DNA of 64,000 nt, taken from positions 244,096 to 308,095 of the forward strand of contig JAHCHG010000002.1 in NCBI GenBank assembly GCA_026129865.1, given 5' to 3'. The notes beneath the pieces were generated by a model that ran no database searches, was not told the DNA's origin, and saw only the letters and a program-made list of their open reading frames with translations. Source of the DNA: Pyrinomonadaceae bacterium (GTDB lineage: Bacteria; Acidobacteriota; Blastocatellia; Pyrinomonadales; Pyrinomonadaceae). Position 1 is the first letter of the stretch, and each line of letters begins with the position of its first letter. Below, one piece after another: positions 1-9,716 of the stretch. Both the position numbers and the translations under genes were made by a program.

Positions 1-1005
1 CAGCCGACCGCCGATGTCGTGCTGCTTGAAAACGATATTCTACTTGTCCGATGCAATTTGGAAGAGATCCGCGCGATGCAGGAGCGCGAAGGCGTGCAGC
101 TGAAACCTCAGGTAAAATGGGGCGATGACAGTATATCGACAGACGAATACAGCCTTCTTGAAGTCGTTATTCCGGCAAATTCCGCGCTCGTCGGTAAAAC
201 GCTGCAAACGTCTGATTTTCGCGAAAATTACGGCTCGATCGTGCTGGCGATCCGTCATCGCGGCAGGCTTTTGCGCGAAAAGATCTCGGACACGGTTCTC
301 AGCGCGGGCGATCTGCTGCTCGTAGAAATTCACCGCGAACGGCTCGGTCAATTTAGACGAAGTCAGGAATTTATCATCACGTCGGAAACCGAAAAGGTAG
401 AATTCCGCCGTAATAAAGTATTTATCGCGGTCGCGATCGTCGCCGGCGTTGTCGCATCGGCTAGTCTGGGATTAGCCCCGATCGTCGTGGCATCGGTTAT
501 CGGTGCCGTTTTGATGATCTTGTTCCGGTGCCTTACGCTCGACGAAGCGTACGACGCGATCGATTGGAAGATAATTTTCCTGCTCGCAGGCGTTTTATCG
601 CTCGGCATTGCGCTGGAACAATCCGGCGCAGCGGCTTTGATCGCTTCAAACATCGTTACTTCCGTCGGCGCTTTGGGTTTGATCGCGCTTGTGTCCGCAT
701 TTTATTTGCTTACATCCGTGCTAACCGAAACCATGTCGAACAACGCGACCGCCGCGCTGCTCGCTCCGATCGCAATTGCGACCGCGGCTACGCTGGGGGT
801 CAGCCCACAGCCGTTTCTCGTCGCCGTCACGTTTGCGGCTTCGGCAAGTTTTATGACTCCGGTCGGTTACCAAACGAACACGATGATCTACGGACCCGGA
901 CAATATAGATTTTTCGATTTTGTAAAAGTCGGAACGCCCTTAAATATCATTTTCTGGATGCTGGCGACATTTCTCATTCCGGTGTTCTGGGAGTTTAAGC
1001 CGTGA
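1..1005 (+). CDS. SLC13/DASS-type anion permease, C-terminal part with a TrkA-C (RCK_C) domain; 5' end cut by the window
   Basis: The frame is open from base 1, upstream of the GTG at 19. A TrkA-C-like segment (LLEVVIPANSALVGKTL..IVLAIRHRGRLL) is followed by several hydrophobic helices and FMTPVGYQTNTMIYGPGQYRFFDF, typical of SLC13 permease C-termini. Confidence 0.7.
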   Translation, partial: QPTADVVLLENDILLVRCNLEEIRAMQEREGVQLKPQVKWGDDSISTDEYSLLEVVIPANSALVGKTLQTSDFRENYGSIVLAIRHRGRLLREKISDTVLSAGDLLLVEIHRERLGQFRRSQEFIITSETEKVEFRRNKVFIAVAIVAGVVASASLGLAPIVVASVIGAVLMILFRCLTLDEAYDAIDWKIIFLLAGVLSLGIALEQSGAAALIASNIVTSVGALGLIALVSAFYLLTSVLTETMSNNATAALLAPIAIATAATLGVSPQPFLVAVTFAASASFMTPVGYQTNTMIYGPGQYRFFDFVKVGTPLNIIFWMLATFLIPVFWEFKP

Positions 1006-1107
1006 ACGATTCTTTTTTGACGTTAATTGGGCAAATCGAGAACGAACCGAAAGCGCGGCTTATTAACTAAAAAGGCAAAATAAGCAATAATGGTTCCGGG
1101 ATTAATA

Positions 1108-1491
1108 ATGAAGAACATTCCGCGAGTAAAAGTAACCGAAGATGCGAAAAAGGTCATCAATGAACTTCGAACGAAATTTGGCGACCTGATGTTTCATCAA
1201 TCGGGCGGCTGCTGCGACGGCAGTTCGCCGATGTGTTTTGAAGCGGGCGAATTTCTTGTCGGATCGTCCGATGTTTGGCTCGGGCAGATCGACGGGTGCG
1301 ATTTTTGGATGGCGAAAGATCAGTTTGAATTTTTCAAGCATACGGAACTGACGATCGACATAACCGAAGGTCGCGGCGCTTCGTTTTCGCTCGAGATCCC
1401 GATGGGAGTCCGGTTCATTACAAAATCGAGAATTTTTACTCACGAAGAAACACAGAATCTGGTCGAAACGCGACCGAGCGGCATGATATAA
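1108..1491 (+). CDS. DUF779 domain-containing protein
   Basis: The FHQSGGCCDGSSPMCF motif and a size of about 127 aa fit DUF779. An alternative start lies at 1090. Confidence 0.75.
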   Translation: MKNIPRVKVTEDAKKVINELRTKFGDLMFHQSGGCCDGSSPMCFEAGEFLVGSSDVWLGQIDGCDFWMAKDQFEFFKHTELTIDITEGRGASFSLEIPMGVRFITKSRIFTHEETQNLVETRPSGMI

Positions 1492-1497
1492 AAAGAT

Positions 1498-1854
1498 ATG
1501 AGCAAAAAGATAACCGTTTACGAAAAACCGACCTGAACGACCTGCCGAAATCTGGCTAAGTTGTTTCGTGAAAACAACATCGATTTTGACAGCGTCAATT
1601 ATTTTAACCAGCCGATCAGCGAAACAAAGCTTCGCGACCTATTGAAAAAAGCTGGTCTTAACGCAGCGGACGTGCTTCGCAAAGGCGATCAAGTTTATAA
1701 AGAACTAAACCTCGGCGACGAAACCGATCAGGATAAATTGGTCAAACTGATCGTCGAAAATCCCAATCTTCTCCAACGTCCGATCGTTGAGGTCGGCGAC
1801 AAAGCGGTCTTGGCTCGTCCGATCGAAAAAGCTTTGGATTTGATTGACCGCTAA
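1498..1854 (+). CDS. ArsC/Spx/YffB-family thioredoxin-fold protein with an in-frame TGA at 1534..1536 (candidate selenocysteine, UxxC; otherwise a nonsense pseudogene)
   Basis: ATG 1498 is in frame with track ORF 1561..1854 and only one TGA interrupts it. The joined product is MSKKITVYEKPT-[TGA]-TTCRNLAKLFRENNIDF...LLQRPIVEVGDKAVLARP. This is the strand/CxxC/helix layout of the family, with TGA replacing the first Cys. Confidence 0.55.
1560..1578 (+). promoter_or_regulatory. Candidate SECIS-like hairpin downstream of the TGA
   Basis: GTTGTTT-CGTGA-AAACAAC forms a 7-bp stem with a 5-nt GU-containing loop, starting 24 nt after the TGA. The stem is weak and AT-rich and has not been evaluated energetically. 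Confidence 0.3.
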
Positions 1855-1858
1855 CGGA

Positions 1859-1879
1859 GCGCAGGCAGCCTGCCTGCGC
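1859..1879. repeat. GC-rich palindrome (REP-like or terminator-like)
   Basis: GCGCAGGCAG-C-CTGCCTGCGC lies directly after the ArsC-like stop. A related palindrome GCCGGCAG-G-CTGCCGGC sits at 1944..1960. Confidence 0.45.
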
Positions 1880-1969
1880 GTGGTTATTCGCTTTGAACGC
1901 ATTAGTCTTTCGGCAAAGATTCTTTCGCGCGTCCGCGTTCAGTGCCGGCAGGCTGCCGGCGCTCTATTT

Positions 1970-2434
1970 ATGAATTCCATAGAACATCTTCGCGGGCTTT
2001 ATCTTTACAACGACTGGGCGAACCGTCGTACGATCACCGCTTTGAAATCTGCTCCCAGTGAAAAGGCTTTGAAAATCTTGTCGCATATTTTGCTGACTGA
2101 AAAAGAATATTATGCGCGTCTTTTTGGCAAAAATTCCACGGGTTTTGATTTCTGGCAGGAATTGTCGCTCGACGAATGCAGCAAACAGGCGATGGAAAAT
2201 GCCGAGAACTACGAGGGTTTGTTAAAACGGTTCGACGACGAAGGTTTGGGGCAGATCGCGAATTATAAAACCAGTGACGGCAAACCGGTCGTAAACAGTT
2301 TTCGCGAAGTCCTAACGCATGTATTATTTCATTCGATGAATCATCGCGGTCAGGTAAACGCAGCCATTCGCGAAGACGGTTTCGCGCCGCCGTCGACCGA
2401 TTACATAATCTATGCTCGCGAGGTTAAGTTTTAA
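1970..2434 (+). CDS. DinB-family (DinB_2) metal-dependent protein
   Basis: MNSIEHLRGLYLYNDWANRRT at the N-terminus and the C-terminal LFHSMNHRGQV motif. The start was moved to the internal ATG (aa 43 of the track ORF). Confidence 0.75.
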   Translation: MNSIEHLRGLYLYNDWANRRTITALKSAPSEKALKILSHILLTEKEYYARLFGKNSTGFDFWQELSLDECSKQAMENAENYEGLLKRFDDEGLGQIANYKTSDGKPVVNSFREVLTHVLFHSMNHRGQVNAAIREDGFAPPSTDYIIYAREVKF

Positions 2435-2510
2435 AAGTCATTACCATCTGCGGTGGCGAATGATTTGAGATTTTCGTCGATTTTCTTAATTATTAATCGA
2501 AAACCGTCCG

Positions 2511-3308
2511 ATGCCGCAGACGGTTCCTAACATTTTCATGGACGTAGATTCCGAACAACTAGTCTTTGATTTCGAGAACGTGCAGCCGCATATCGAGCGC
2601 GAGTCGCGCGATCAGATAAAACTGACGCTCGGCGAATTTGCCGGTCCGCTCGATCTGCTTCTTTATCTGATCCGGCAGGAAAAGGCGAACATTTTCGATA
2701 TTCCGATCGCGAAGATCACGGACGAATATCTGCGATATATTCGTCTTTTGAAATCGATGGACATAACGCTTGCGACCGATTTTCTCGTCATGGCAGCGAC
2801 CTTGATCGAGATAAAATCGAAAATGCTTCTGCCGCGCGATCCGGTTTTTGAAGGCGACGAAGAAGCTGAGGATCCGCGTCAGGAACTTGTCGATCAGCTG
2901 CTGGAACATGAAAAATTCAAACGCGCTTCCGAGATGCTGTATGAACGTTCGACCATTGAACAAGCGACTTTTTCGCGCGGGCTGATCGAATCGGACGACA
3001 ATAATCTCGAAATAAATGCCACGGTTTTCGATATTTTAAAAGCGTTTCAGCAGATAATGGAACGCCGCAAGGAAGAAATTCAAATGGAGATCGCACGCGA
3101 GGAAATGTCGCTGGCGGAAATGCTGAAAAACATTAGATCGCGAATTTTCACTTCGGGAAAAATTACTCTTTTGGAGATATTCGAAGAGCTGAAAACGAAA
3201 AATGAATTTGTCCTGGCGTTCATCGCCGTGCTCGAGATCGTTCGAACGGAAAGCGTCCGCGTAATTCAAGAGCAGGTTTTTGGAGAAATAACGCTGACGC
3301 GAACCTAA
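2511..3308 (+). CDS. scpA: Segregation and condensation protein A
   Basis: The FAGPLDLLLYLIRQEKANIFDIPIAKITDEYL kleisin N-terminal motif, followed immediately by scpB. Confidence 0.85.
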   Translation: MPQTVPNIFMDVDSEQLVFDFENVQPHIERESRDQIKLTLGEFAGPLDLLLYLIRQEKANIFDIPIAKITDEYLRYIRLLKSMDITLATDFLVMAATLIEIKSKMLLPRDPVFEGDEEAEDPRQELVDQLLEHEKFKRASEMLYERSTIEQATFSRGLIESDDNNLEINATVFDILKAFQQIMERRKEEIQMEIAREEMSLAEMLKNIRSRIFTSGKITLLEIFEELKTKNEFVLAFIAVLEIVRTESVRVIQEQVFGEITLTRT

Positions 3309-3330
3309 CGTTTCGCGCCTGCCGCAATTA

Positions 3331-3888
3331 ATGGAAGAGGTAAACAAAGAGAAAACAAGTCGAACCGAAGCTGAGCTGATGTCGATCTGCGAAGCGCTGA
3401 TATTTGTTTCCGACGAACCGGTGCCGCCGAAAGTACTCGGCGATGTATTGGGTGAACCGAAACAAAAGATCGAAAAGGCGCTGGACGATCTGCGCTTGAG
3501 CTATGAGGCGAGAGACGGCGGACTTCGCCTTCGCGAGATCGGCGGCGGTTGGCAGATCGCGACGCGGACGGAGCTGCACGAAGAAGTTCGGGAGTTTTTG
3601 AAAACCCGCCCGAGCGCAAAGCTTTCGCTTGCCTCGCTTGAAACTCTCGCGGTCATCGCCTATCGACAGCCCGTTACCGTGCCTGAAATTCTGGAAATTC
3701 GCGGCGTTCAATCTGCATCGTCGATCAAAACCTTGCTCGATAAACGCCTGATCGTTTCAAAGGGGCGAAAAGACACGGTCGGACGCCCGATGATGTACGG
3801 AACGTCAAAAGATTTTCTGATCCAATTCGGCTTAAAAGACCTTTCCGAACTTCCTTCGATAGAAGATTTCGAAGACCTGATCCAATAA
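3331..3888 (+). CDS. scpB: Segregation and condensation protein B
   Basis: EALIFVSDEPV, LETLAVIAYRQPVTVPEILEIRGV and GRPMMYGTSKDFL are typical ScpB winged-helix motifs. Confidence 0.85.
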   Translation: MEEVNKEKTSRTEAELMSICEALIFVSDEPVPPKVLGDVLGEPKQKIEKALDDLRLSYEARDGGLRLREIGGGWQIATRTELHEEVREFLKTRPSAKLSLASLETLAVIAYRQPVTVPEILEIRGVQSASSIKTLLDKRLIVSKGRKDTVGRPMMYGTSKDFLIQFGLKDLSELPSIEDFEDLIQ

Positions 3889-4428
3889 ATGCATGCTCAC
3901 CGGACCGAAAATGAACTAGTCATTCAGGAAACGCCGGGATGTCTCTGGTTCGTCGGCGGATTTTTCGCGCTCGTCGGTGCTCTTTTCGTTTACGGCGCGC
4001 TCGGCGGATTTTCAAATTGGAGTTCCGTGCCGTTGTGGCAGCTGGCGCTTTGCGTGGTTATTGGTTCAAGCGGTGTCGGAATCGGTTTTTGGTCGATCCA
4101 TAAAGCGCCGATCTCAAAATTGATCATCGACCGCATCGACGACCGGATAATTTTAACGCGGCGCGGACTTTTTTCGAGGTCTAAAACGGTTTTCAGTTTT
4201 GTGGAGGTCGAGTATTTCTGCCTGGTCGAAGACGTTGACGACGAAGGAAATACGATCTGGGATTTTGGAATGCAGCTGCTAGACGGCGAAATTATAAAGA
4301 TCACTTCCCTTGCGACTCATTCCGAACAGTATCATCGAAATTTCGTTTTTGCCGCAAATGAATTTGCGCGAAAACATCTGCCGTCAGCGACCGCGCTTCA
4401 CGAACTCGAAAACGAATACGAAAATTAA
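3889..4428 (+). CDS. Hypothetical membrane protein (2 TM helices plus a soluble C-terminal domain)
   Basis: The ATG abuts the scpB stop (TAAATG). Two hydrophobic helices (LWFVGGFFALVGALFVYGAL, LALCVVIGSSGVGIGFW). I recognise no family. Confidence 0.5.
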   Translation: MHAHRTENELVIQETPGCLWFVGGFFALVGALFVYGALGGFSNWSSVPLWQLALCVVIGSSGVGIGFWSIHKAPISKLIIDRIDDRIILTRRGLFSRSKTVFSFVEVEYFCLVEDVDDEGNTIWDFGMQLLDGEIIKITSLATHSEQYHRNFVFAANEFARKHLPSATALHELENEYEN

Positions 4429-4480
4429 TAATTTTTTACGGAATGCTCGTAACCGGGAAATTATGGTTAAATAGTGGCTT

Positions 4481-5254
4481 ATGCAGGAAAGACTCCAAAA
4501 ATTGATCGCGCAGGCGGGTATTGCGTCCAGAAGAAAGGCTGAAGTATTGATTCAGGAAGGTGAAGTTTCGGTAAATGGCGAGATCGTTACGGAACTCGGG
4601 ACGAAAGCCGACCCTGAGACAGATCACATAAAAGTCGGCGGAAAGCTGATAAATCCGATCCTCGAGAAACGCGAAAAGGTTTACATTTTGCTGAACAAAC
4701 CGAAAGGCTATCTTTCCAGCGCAGCCGATCCGGAAGACCGCCCGCTGGTCGTTGATCTGATCCCGAAAAAATTCGGCTCGGTTCATCCGGTCGGACGTCT
4801 CGATTTCAATACCGAAGGATTGATCATTATTACTAACGACGGTCAATTTACAAATCTCGTCGCGTCATCGAAAAAGATCCCAAAAGTTTACGAGGTAAAG
4901 GTTAAAGGTCTTCCGAACGCTAACGCGATCAATAAGCTGCGCCGCGGCGTTCGTCTTGAGGACGGATTCAAAACCGCTCCGGCGACTATCACAGAGCTGA
5001 AATCTACGCCGAAAAACGGCTGGTACGAGGTCGTTCTTCATGAAGGGCATAACCAGCAGATCCGGAAAATGTTCGATTCGATCGGAAATTCGGTTGTAAA
5101 ACTGCGGCGCACCGCGATCGGGCATATCAAGGAAGAATCGCTAAAACCGGGCGAATTCCGGTTTTTGACACCTTCGGAAGTTCAGGGTTTTCATCTTCCG
5201 AAGGACAAAAGATCCGCCGCGAAACCTCGAAAACGTACGGCGAAAAAGTCTTAA
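4481..5254 (+). CDS. rluB: 23S rRNA pseudouridine synthase, RluB/RsuA family
   Basis: S4 domain (RLQKLIAQAGIASRRKAEVLI), the catalytic GRLDFNTEGL motif and a basic C-terminal tail. Confidence 0.85.
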   Translation: MQERLQKLIAQAGIASRRKAEVLIQEGEVSVNGEIVTELGTKADPETDHIKVGGKLINPILEKREKVYILLNKPKGYLSSAADPEDRPLVVDLIPKKFGSVHPVGRLDFNTEGLIIITNDGQFTNLVASSKKIPKVYEVKVKGLPNANAINKLRRGVRLEDGFKTAPATITELKSTPKNGWYEVVLHEGHNQQIRKMFDSIGNSVVKLRRTAIGHIKEESLKPGEFRFLTPSEVQGFHLPKDKRSAAKPRKRTAKKS

Positions 5255-5355
5255 TGCAGTCCGGATCTCTCTTCTTACGGATTCGTTTCAACCGGAAACA
5301 GAATATAGAGATCGATCGGTTAAAATTTTCTGAACCATTCTAAAAGCTTTTCAAA

Positions 5356-6534
5356 TTAAGCCTTTGGACGGATTTTTGTCCGAGCCGCCAGCATCACCTG
5401 AATTATTAGCAGGAGCACCGCACTGCCAAGCAGTATGAACATTCCCGATCGAAGACTGCTGTAATTAGTCGAAACAACGCCGATCAGCCATGTTGTGAAC
5501 GCGGCTCCGAGCGTTCCGCAAATGAAAAAGGGCGTTGCGCGACGCGAAGCGGTCGGACCGAACGTTCGGGTAAAGCGCGACATATTTGTCGGAAAAATGG
5601 CTGAAGTTCCGAATCCTGCGATCGACGCGCCGATTCCGAGAGTAGTTATATCGCGGGCGAAAAGCAGCGTGATCATGCCGGCAACGACGACCAGCAGGCT
5701 GAAAAACAGCATTCCGCTTTCATCAAAAAATCTAAAGAACAACGGCGCAATTCCGCGCCCGGCGACAAAAAACAGGTAAAAAAGAAAGATCGGCGGAAAC
5801 CATAATTGGACCGAATCCATGCGCTCGGTATAGGTTTTCAGCCATCCGCCCATACCGCTTTCAAATCCTACGTGAACAAAATTAAACGCGGCGATCGCCC
5901 AGGCAGCGGGACTTGACCAGATCGGCGGATTCGTTGTGCGAGGTTCTTTTCCTGCGTCGCTCACCGGCGTCGGAATATCGAGTTTGACTGCGAACAGAGC
6001 GAGTCCGACGATGAGCAGCGCGGCTGCGAGCAATGCGGTCGGAAGTAAAATATCGGTTCCGCGGCTTAAGAGATCGACAAACGGCTGGCTCAGGATCGCA
6101 CCGAATCCCCAGAAAAAGTTCAGGATGCTCAATGCTGAAGCCGCGCGCACAGGATCGAGTTCCAAAACAAGCATATTGATCGACGGCAGCGTCAGACCAA
6201 TACCGACTCCATTAACAAAGAACCCGGCAAGACAAATTTCGAAACTTCCGAGATTAAGCATCAAAACGCCGGCTGACATCGCAATGCAGCCGATCGCGGC
6301 GGCAAGTAAAAAGCGGTCCTTTTTTCCAAACCAGTTGGTCAAAAATGTGCCGATCAATGATCCGGCGAACTGAGCCGGAAAAAAATTTGCAGTCTGTTCG
6401 TCGTCTAGAGAAAATTTTGATGAAAGGATAGGCAAGACCTGTCCGATCAAAACCGTGCAAATTCCGGACGCGAAGAATCCGAGGTGCAAAAGGATCTTCA
6501 AAATGCTGTTAGTTTGCGCGCGAGGGTTTTGCAT
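5356..6534 (-). CDS. MFS transporter
   Basis: 392 aa with about 12 hydrophobic helices in a two-halves layout. Confidence 0.8.
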   Translation of the reverse strand: MQNPRAQTNSILKILLHLGFFASGICTVLIGQVLPILSSKFSLDDEQTANFFPAQFAGSLIGTFLTNWFGKKDRFLLAAAIGCIAMSAGVLMLNLGSFEICLAGFFVNGVGIGLTLPSINMLVLELDPVRAASALSILNFFWGFGAILSQPFVDLLSRGTDILLPTALLAAALLIVGLALFAVKLDIPTPVSDAGKEPRTTNPPIWSSPAAWAIAAFNFVHVGFESGMGGWLKTYTERMDSVQLWFPPIFLFYLFFVAGRGIAPLFFRFFDESGMLFFSLLVVVAGMITLLFARDITTLGIGASIAGFGTSAIFPTNMSRFTRTFGPTASRRATPFFICGTLGAAFTTWLIGVVSTNYSSLRSGMFILLGSAVLLLIIQVMLAARTKIRPKA

Positions 6535-6683
6535 CAGCCGATATTCTTGCAGTGGATTCGGACAAATTCAAGCCAAAAGAATAAACTCGCTCCCACGCCC
6601 GTTAAAATCAATAACGCTTTGAATTTTCGGGTTTCAAAAGAGATAATCGGACAAAATCACGATTTGGGAGGATCTTCGGCGAT

Positions 6684-6956
6684 ATGGATTTCTATTTCTT
6701 GCTATTTTCACTTTTCGTTCCGCGGATAACGATGGTCGTTGCGCTATTTCTCGGGAATTTTCCGGCAAATTCCGTCCCGCAGATCTTTGACATTCTGCTC
6801 GGCATTTTTGTTCCGCGAATACTGATCCTGATCTATATTTACCAGAATATGGGTTACGAAAATGTCTGGTTCGTCGCTCATCTCGTTGTTTTGATAATTA
6901 CGTATTTCGGCGGTTCGCGTGAAACTCACAGACGCGTTCGACGGCGCCGGGATTAG
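6684..6956 (+). CDS. Small hypothetical membrane protein
   Basis: A GGGAGGA Shine-Dalgarno lies about 8 nt upstream of the ATG. Three hydrophobic helices and a basic tail. No family recognised. Confidence 0.4.
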   Translation: MDFYFLLFSLFVPRITMVVALFLGNFPANSVPQIFDILLGIFVPRILILIYIYQNMGYENVWFVAHLVVLIITYFGGSRETHRRVRRRRD

Positions 6957-6968
6957 ATCGTCAAAAGA

Positions 6969-7403
6969 TCAGCGCGCAAGAGCGCGGTGTTCGACCATCA
7001 AACAAAGGTTTTGAACAACCTTGATCCCCTCTTTTGCGAGCGATTCGGCAACATCGTCGTTGCGAATTCCGGACTGCATCCAGACCGCTTTCGGTCGCTT
7101 TTCCAGAATATCATCGAGATGTTTAGGAACGTCGGCAGAACGCCTGAAGATATTTACGAGATCTATTTCACCGTGAATATCCGTCAGGTTCCGGTAAACA
7201 GTTTCTCCAAGAATCTCCGTCGCGTCCGGATAATAGACCGGAACCGGAATAACGGTGAAACCGGCGCTCTTTAGATAATTCGGCACATAATAAGCCGGTT
7301 GGTTTTCCTCCATTTTAATCCCGATAACGGCGATCCGCTTGACCTCTTTCAACATCGCGGCGATCTCTTCGCCGCCGTGCAAAATATTTTCTTTCCAATC
7401 CAT
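6969..7403 (-). CDS. CoA-binding domain protein (YccU-like)
   Basis: KRIAVIGIK..PAYYVPNYLKSAGFTVIPV...VNIFRR...AVWMQSG pattern. The start was moved to Met32 of the track ORF. Confidence 0.75.
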   Translation of the reverse strand: MDWKENILHGGEEIAAMLKEVKRIAVIGIKMEENQPAYYVPNYLKSAGFTVIPVPVYYPDATEILGETVYRNLTDIHGEIDLVNIFRRSADVPKHLDDILEKRPKAVWMQSGIRNDDVAESLAKEGIKVVQNLCLMVEHRALAR

Positions 7404-7584
7404 AAATTCAAGTCTCGCTCTTCGCACGGGTTTTGTAAACCGCTGCAAAAAATTTCCGAGCAGCTTTAATTGAAGAGGAAATAGAAGTTGCGTCAAAACG
7501 GTATTCAGACCGGTGCAATGCGTAATTTCAACCGTTTATGATAAATTTAGTTCATCCAATATTTTTGAAACTGATTTGATTTTT

Positions 7585-8727
7585 ATGAATTTTGAACTGT
7601 CCGAAGAACAACAGCAAATAAAGATGAGCGTTCGCGAATTCGCTGAAGCCGAGATCGCTCCGCATGTAATGGAGTGGGATGAAACCCAGCATTTTCCGGA
7701 AGAGCTGCGTCCAAAGCTCGCCGAGCTCGGTCTTTTGGGAATTCTTTTTCCCGAAAAATACGGCGGTTCGGCGATGGGTTATGTCGAATATGCGACGATC
7801 ATCGAAGAGATCGCGCGCGTGTGCGGATCGGTCGGATTGTCGGTCGCTGCGCATAATTCGCTCTGCTCGAATCATATATTTATGTTCGGTACGGAGAAGC
7901 AAAAGGAAAAATATCTTGCGCCGCTCGCGCGCGGCGAATCGTTCGGCGCTTGGGGCTTAACCGAAGCCGATGCGGGCAGCGACGCCAGCGGAACCAGAAC
8001 GACCGCCGTTCGCGAAAACGGACATTTTGTTGTTAACGGTTCTAAAAATTTTATTACGCATGCGATCAGCTGTCATACTTGCGTCGCTGTCGCCGTAACC
8101 GATAGAAGCAAGGGCAATAAAGGAATTTCCGCGTTTATTTTTGATAAATCGATGGAGGGATTTCGTCCCGATCACAAGGAAAACAAGCTCGGCATGCGTG
8201 CTTCAGAGACCGCTTCGGTAGTTTTTGAAGATTGTAAAGTGCCGGAAGAAAACCTTTTAGGAAACGAAGGCGAAGGTTTTCTTCAGGCAATGAAGATCCT
8301 AGACGGCGGCAGAATTTCGATTGCGGCGTTAAGCGTCGGAATCGCGCAGGGCGCATATGAAGCGGCGGTCAGATACGCAAAGGAACGCCAGCAGTTCGGC
8401 AAACCGATCGCAGAATTTCAGGCTATCCAGTTTAAATTAGCCGACATGGCGACCGAGATCGAAGCTGCGCGTTTATTGACGATGCAGGCGGCATTTCTCA
8501 AGGACAATAATAAACGCGTCACGCGTCAATCGGCGATGGCGAAACTTTTCGCGTCGGAAGTTGCGGTCCGCGTTTCGGAAGAATCGATACAGATCCACGG
8601 GGGTTACGGCTATACGAAGGATTATCCTGCCGAAAAATACTGGCGCGACTCAAAGCTTTGCACCATCGGCGAAGGCACCAGCGAGATTCAGCGGCTCGTG
8701 ATAGCAAAAGATCTGCTCCGTGCGTGA
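7585..8727 (+). CDS. Acyl-CoA dehydrogenase (short/branched-chain type)
   Basis: [10 protein letters not shown] start, [11 protein letters not shown], and [36 protein letters not shown] at the C-terminus. Confidence 0.9.
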   Translation: MNFELSEEQQQIKMSVREFAEAEIAPHVMEWDETQHFPEELRPKLAELGLLGILFPEKYGGSAMGYVEYATIIEEIARVCGSVGLSVAAHNSLCSNHIFMFGTEKQKEKYLAPLARGESFGAWGLTEADAGSDASGTRTTAVRENGHFVVNGSKNFITHAISCHTCVAVAVTDRSKGNKGISAFIFDKSMEGFRPDHKENKLGMRASETASVVFEDCKVPEENLLGNEGEGFLQAMKILDGGRISIAALSVGIAQGAYEAAVRYAKERQQFGKPIAEFQAIQFKLADMATEIEAARLLTMQAAFLKDNNKRVTRQSAMAKLFASEVAVRVSEESIQIHGGYGYTKDYPAEKYWRDSKLCTIGEGTSEIQRLVIAKDLLRA

Positions 8728-8753
8728 AACCTTTTGCCCGGCGCCATTTTTGA

Positions 8754-9716
8754 ATGACAATTCGTTTCTATTATAAAAAAAGCGTAACTATTCTCTTTTT
8801 GATCGTTATTGCAATTTTTTTAGCTGCTTGTTCCAGCGACGAACAAAAACTGCAGGACGATCCGACCGCGTCGGCTTCGATCGCGCGTTTGAACGCCGCT
8901 TTGTCATCCGGGCAAAAGCTTTCGGTCGAAGAATTTGCCGCGCTCAAAGAGATAATTCAAAAATATCCGGCGTCGGAAACCGTTCGCAAAACATACAAAT
9001 CCGCGCTTATCCGGCGCGAAGATTGGGCGGCGCTCGAGGCTTTTATTTCCGAGACGCCGTTTGACGAACTCTCACCGGAAGACAAGATAAATCTCGGCAA
9101 GGCGTACTATAAACTTGGTCGATATTCCGACGCCGCGAAAGCTCTTGAAAACGTCCCGGGCAATGCGGAAACAAATGCAGTTCTTGCCGGGTCCTATTTT
9201 CATTCCGGCAATTACGCCGCTGCTAAACGCCTGATCGATGCGGATTGGGAACGGATCAGATCGCAAAAAGCGGTCGAAGAAATTACGCTTCGCGGGCTTA
9301 TTTATTTTCACGAAAATGAAATGGATAAGGCGATCGAAACGCTTTCGCTCGCGCTTGAAACAAAGCCGGATAACATACCGGCAGCCAACGCTTTGAGCCG
9401 TATTTACGCAGCGCGCGGCGACGAAAAAAAGGCGGAAGAATATCTTAAAAAGGTTCAGCAAACTTTCGATTCTGTGACGGCAGAAGAACGCAGGAAAACG
9501 GTCGAAGTTGAGAATATTTATAAACTTCAGGACGCTTTCAAAGCCAAACGATTTGACGAGGTGATCACTCTGGCAAACAAGCTTTTGCCGGAGGCAAACC
9601 CGCAAAACAAACTCGCGCTTTATCAGTTTTTGTACAATTCCTACACCGCTCTCGGCAAAACGGACGAAGCGCAGGAAGCGTTAAACAATATCCGCCGAAT
9701 GCAGCAGCAGCGATGA
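8754..9716 (+). CDS. TPR-repeat lipoprotein
   Basis: Signal peptide with lipobox FLAAC and several TPR-like repeats. Its stop overlaps the next start (ATGA). Confidence 0.7.
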   Translation: MTIRFYYKKSVTILFLIVIAIFLAACSSDEQKLQDDPTASASIARLNAALSSGQKLSVEEFAALKEIIQKYPASETVRKTYKSALIRREDWAALEAFISETPFDELSPEDKINLGKAYYKLGRYSDAAKALENVPGNAETNAVLAGSYFHSGNYAAAKRLIDADWERIRSQKAVEEITLRGLIYFHENEMDKAIETLSLALETKPDNIPAANALSRIYAARGDEKKAEEYLKKVQQTFDSVTAEERRKTVEVENIYKLQDAFKAKRFDEVITLANKLLPEANPQNKLALYQFLYNSYTALGKTDEAQEALNNIRRMQQQR

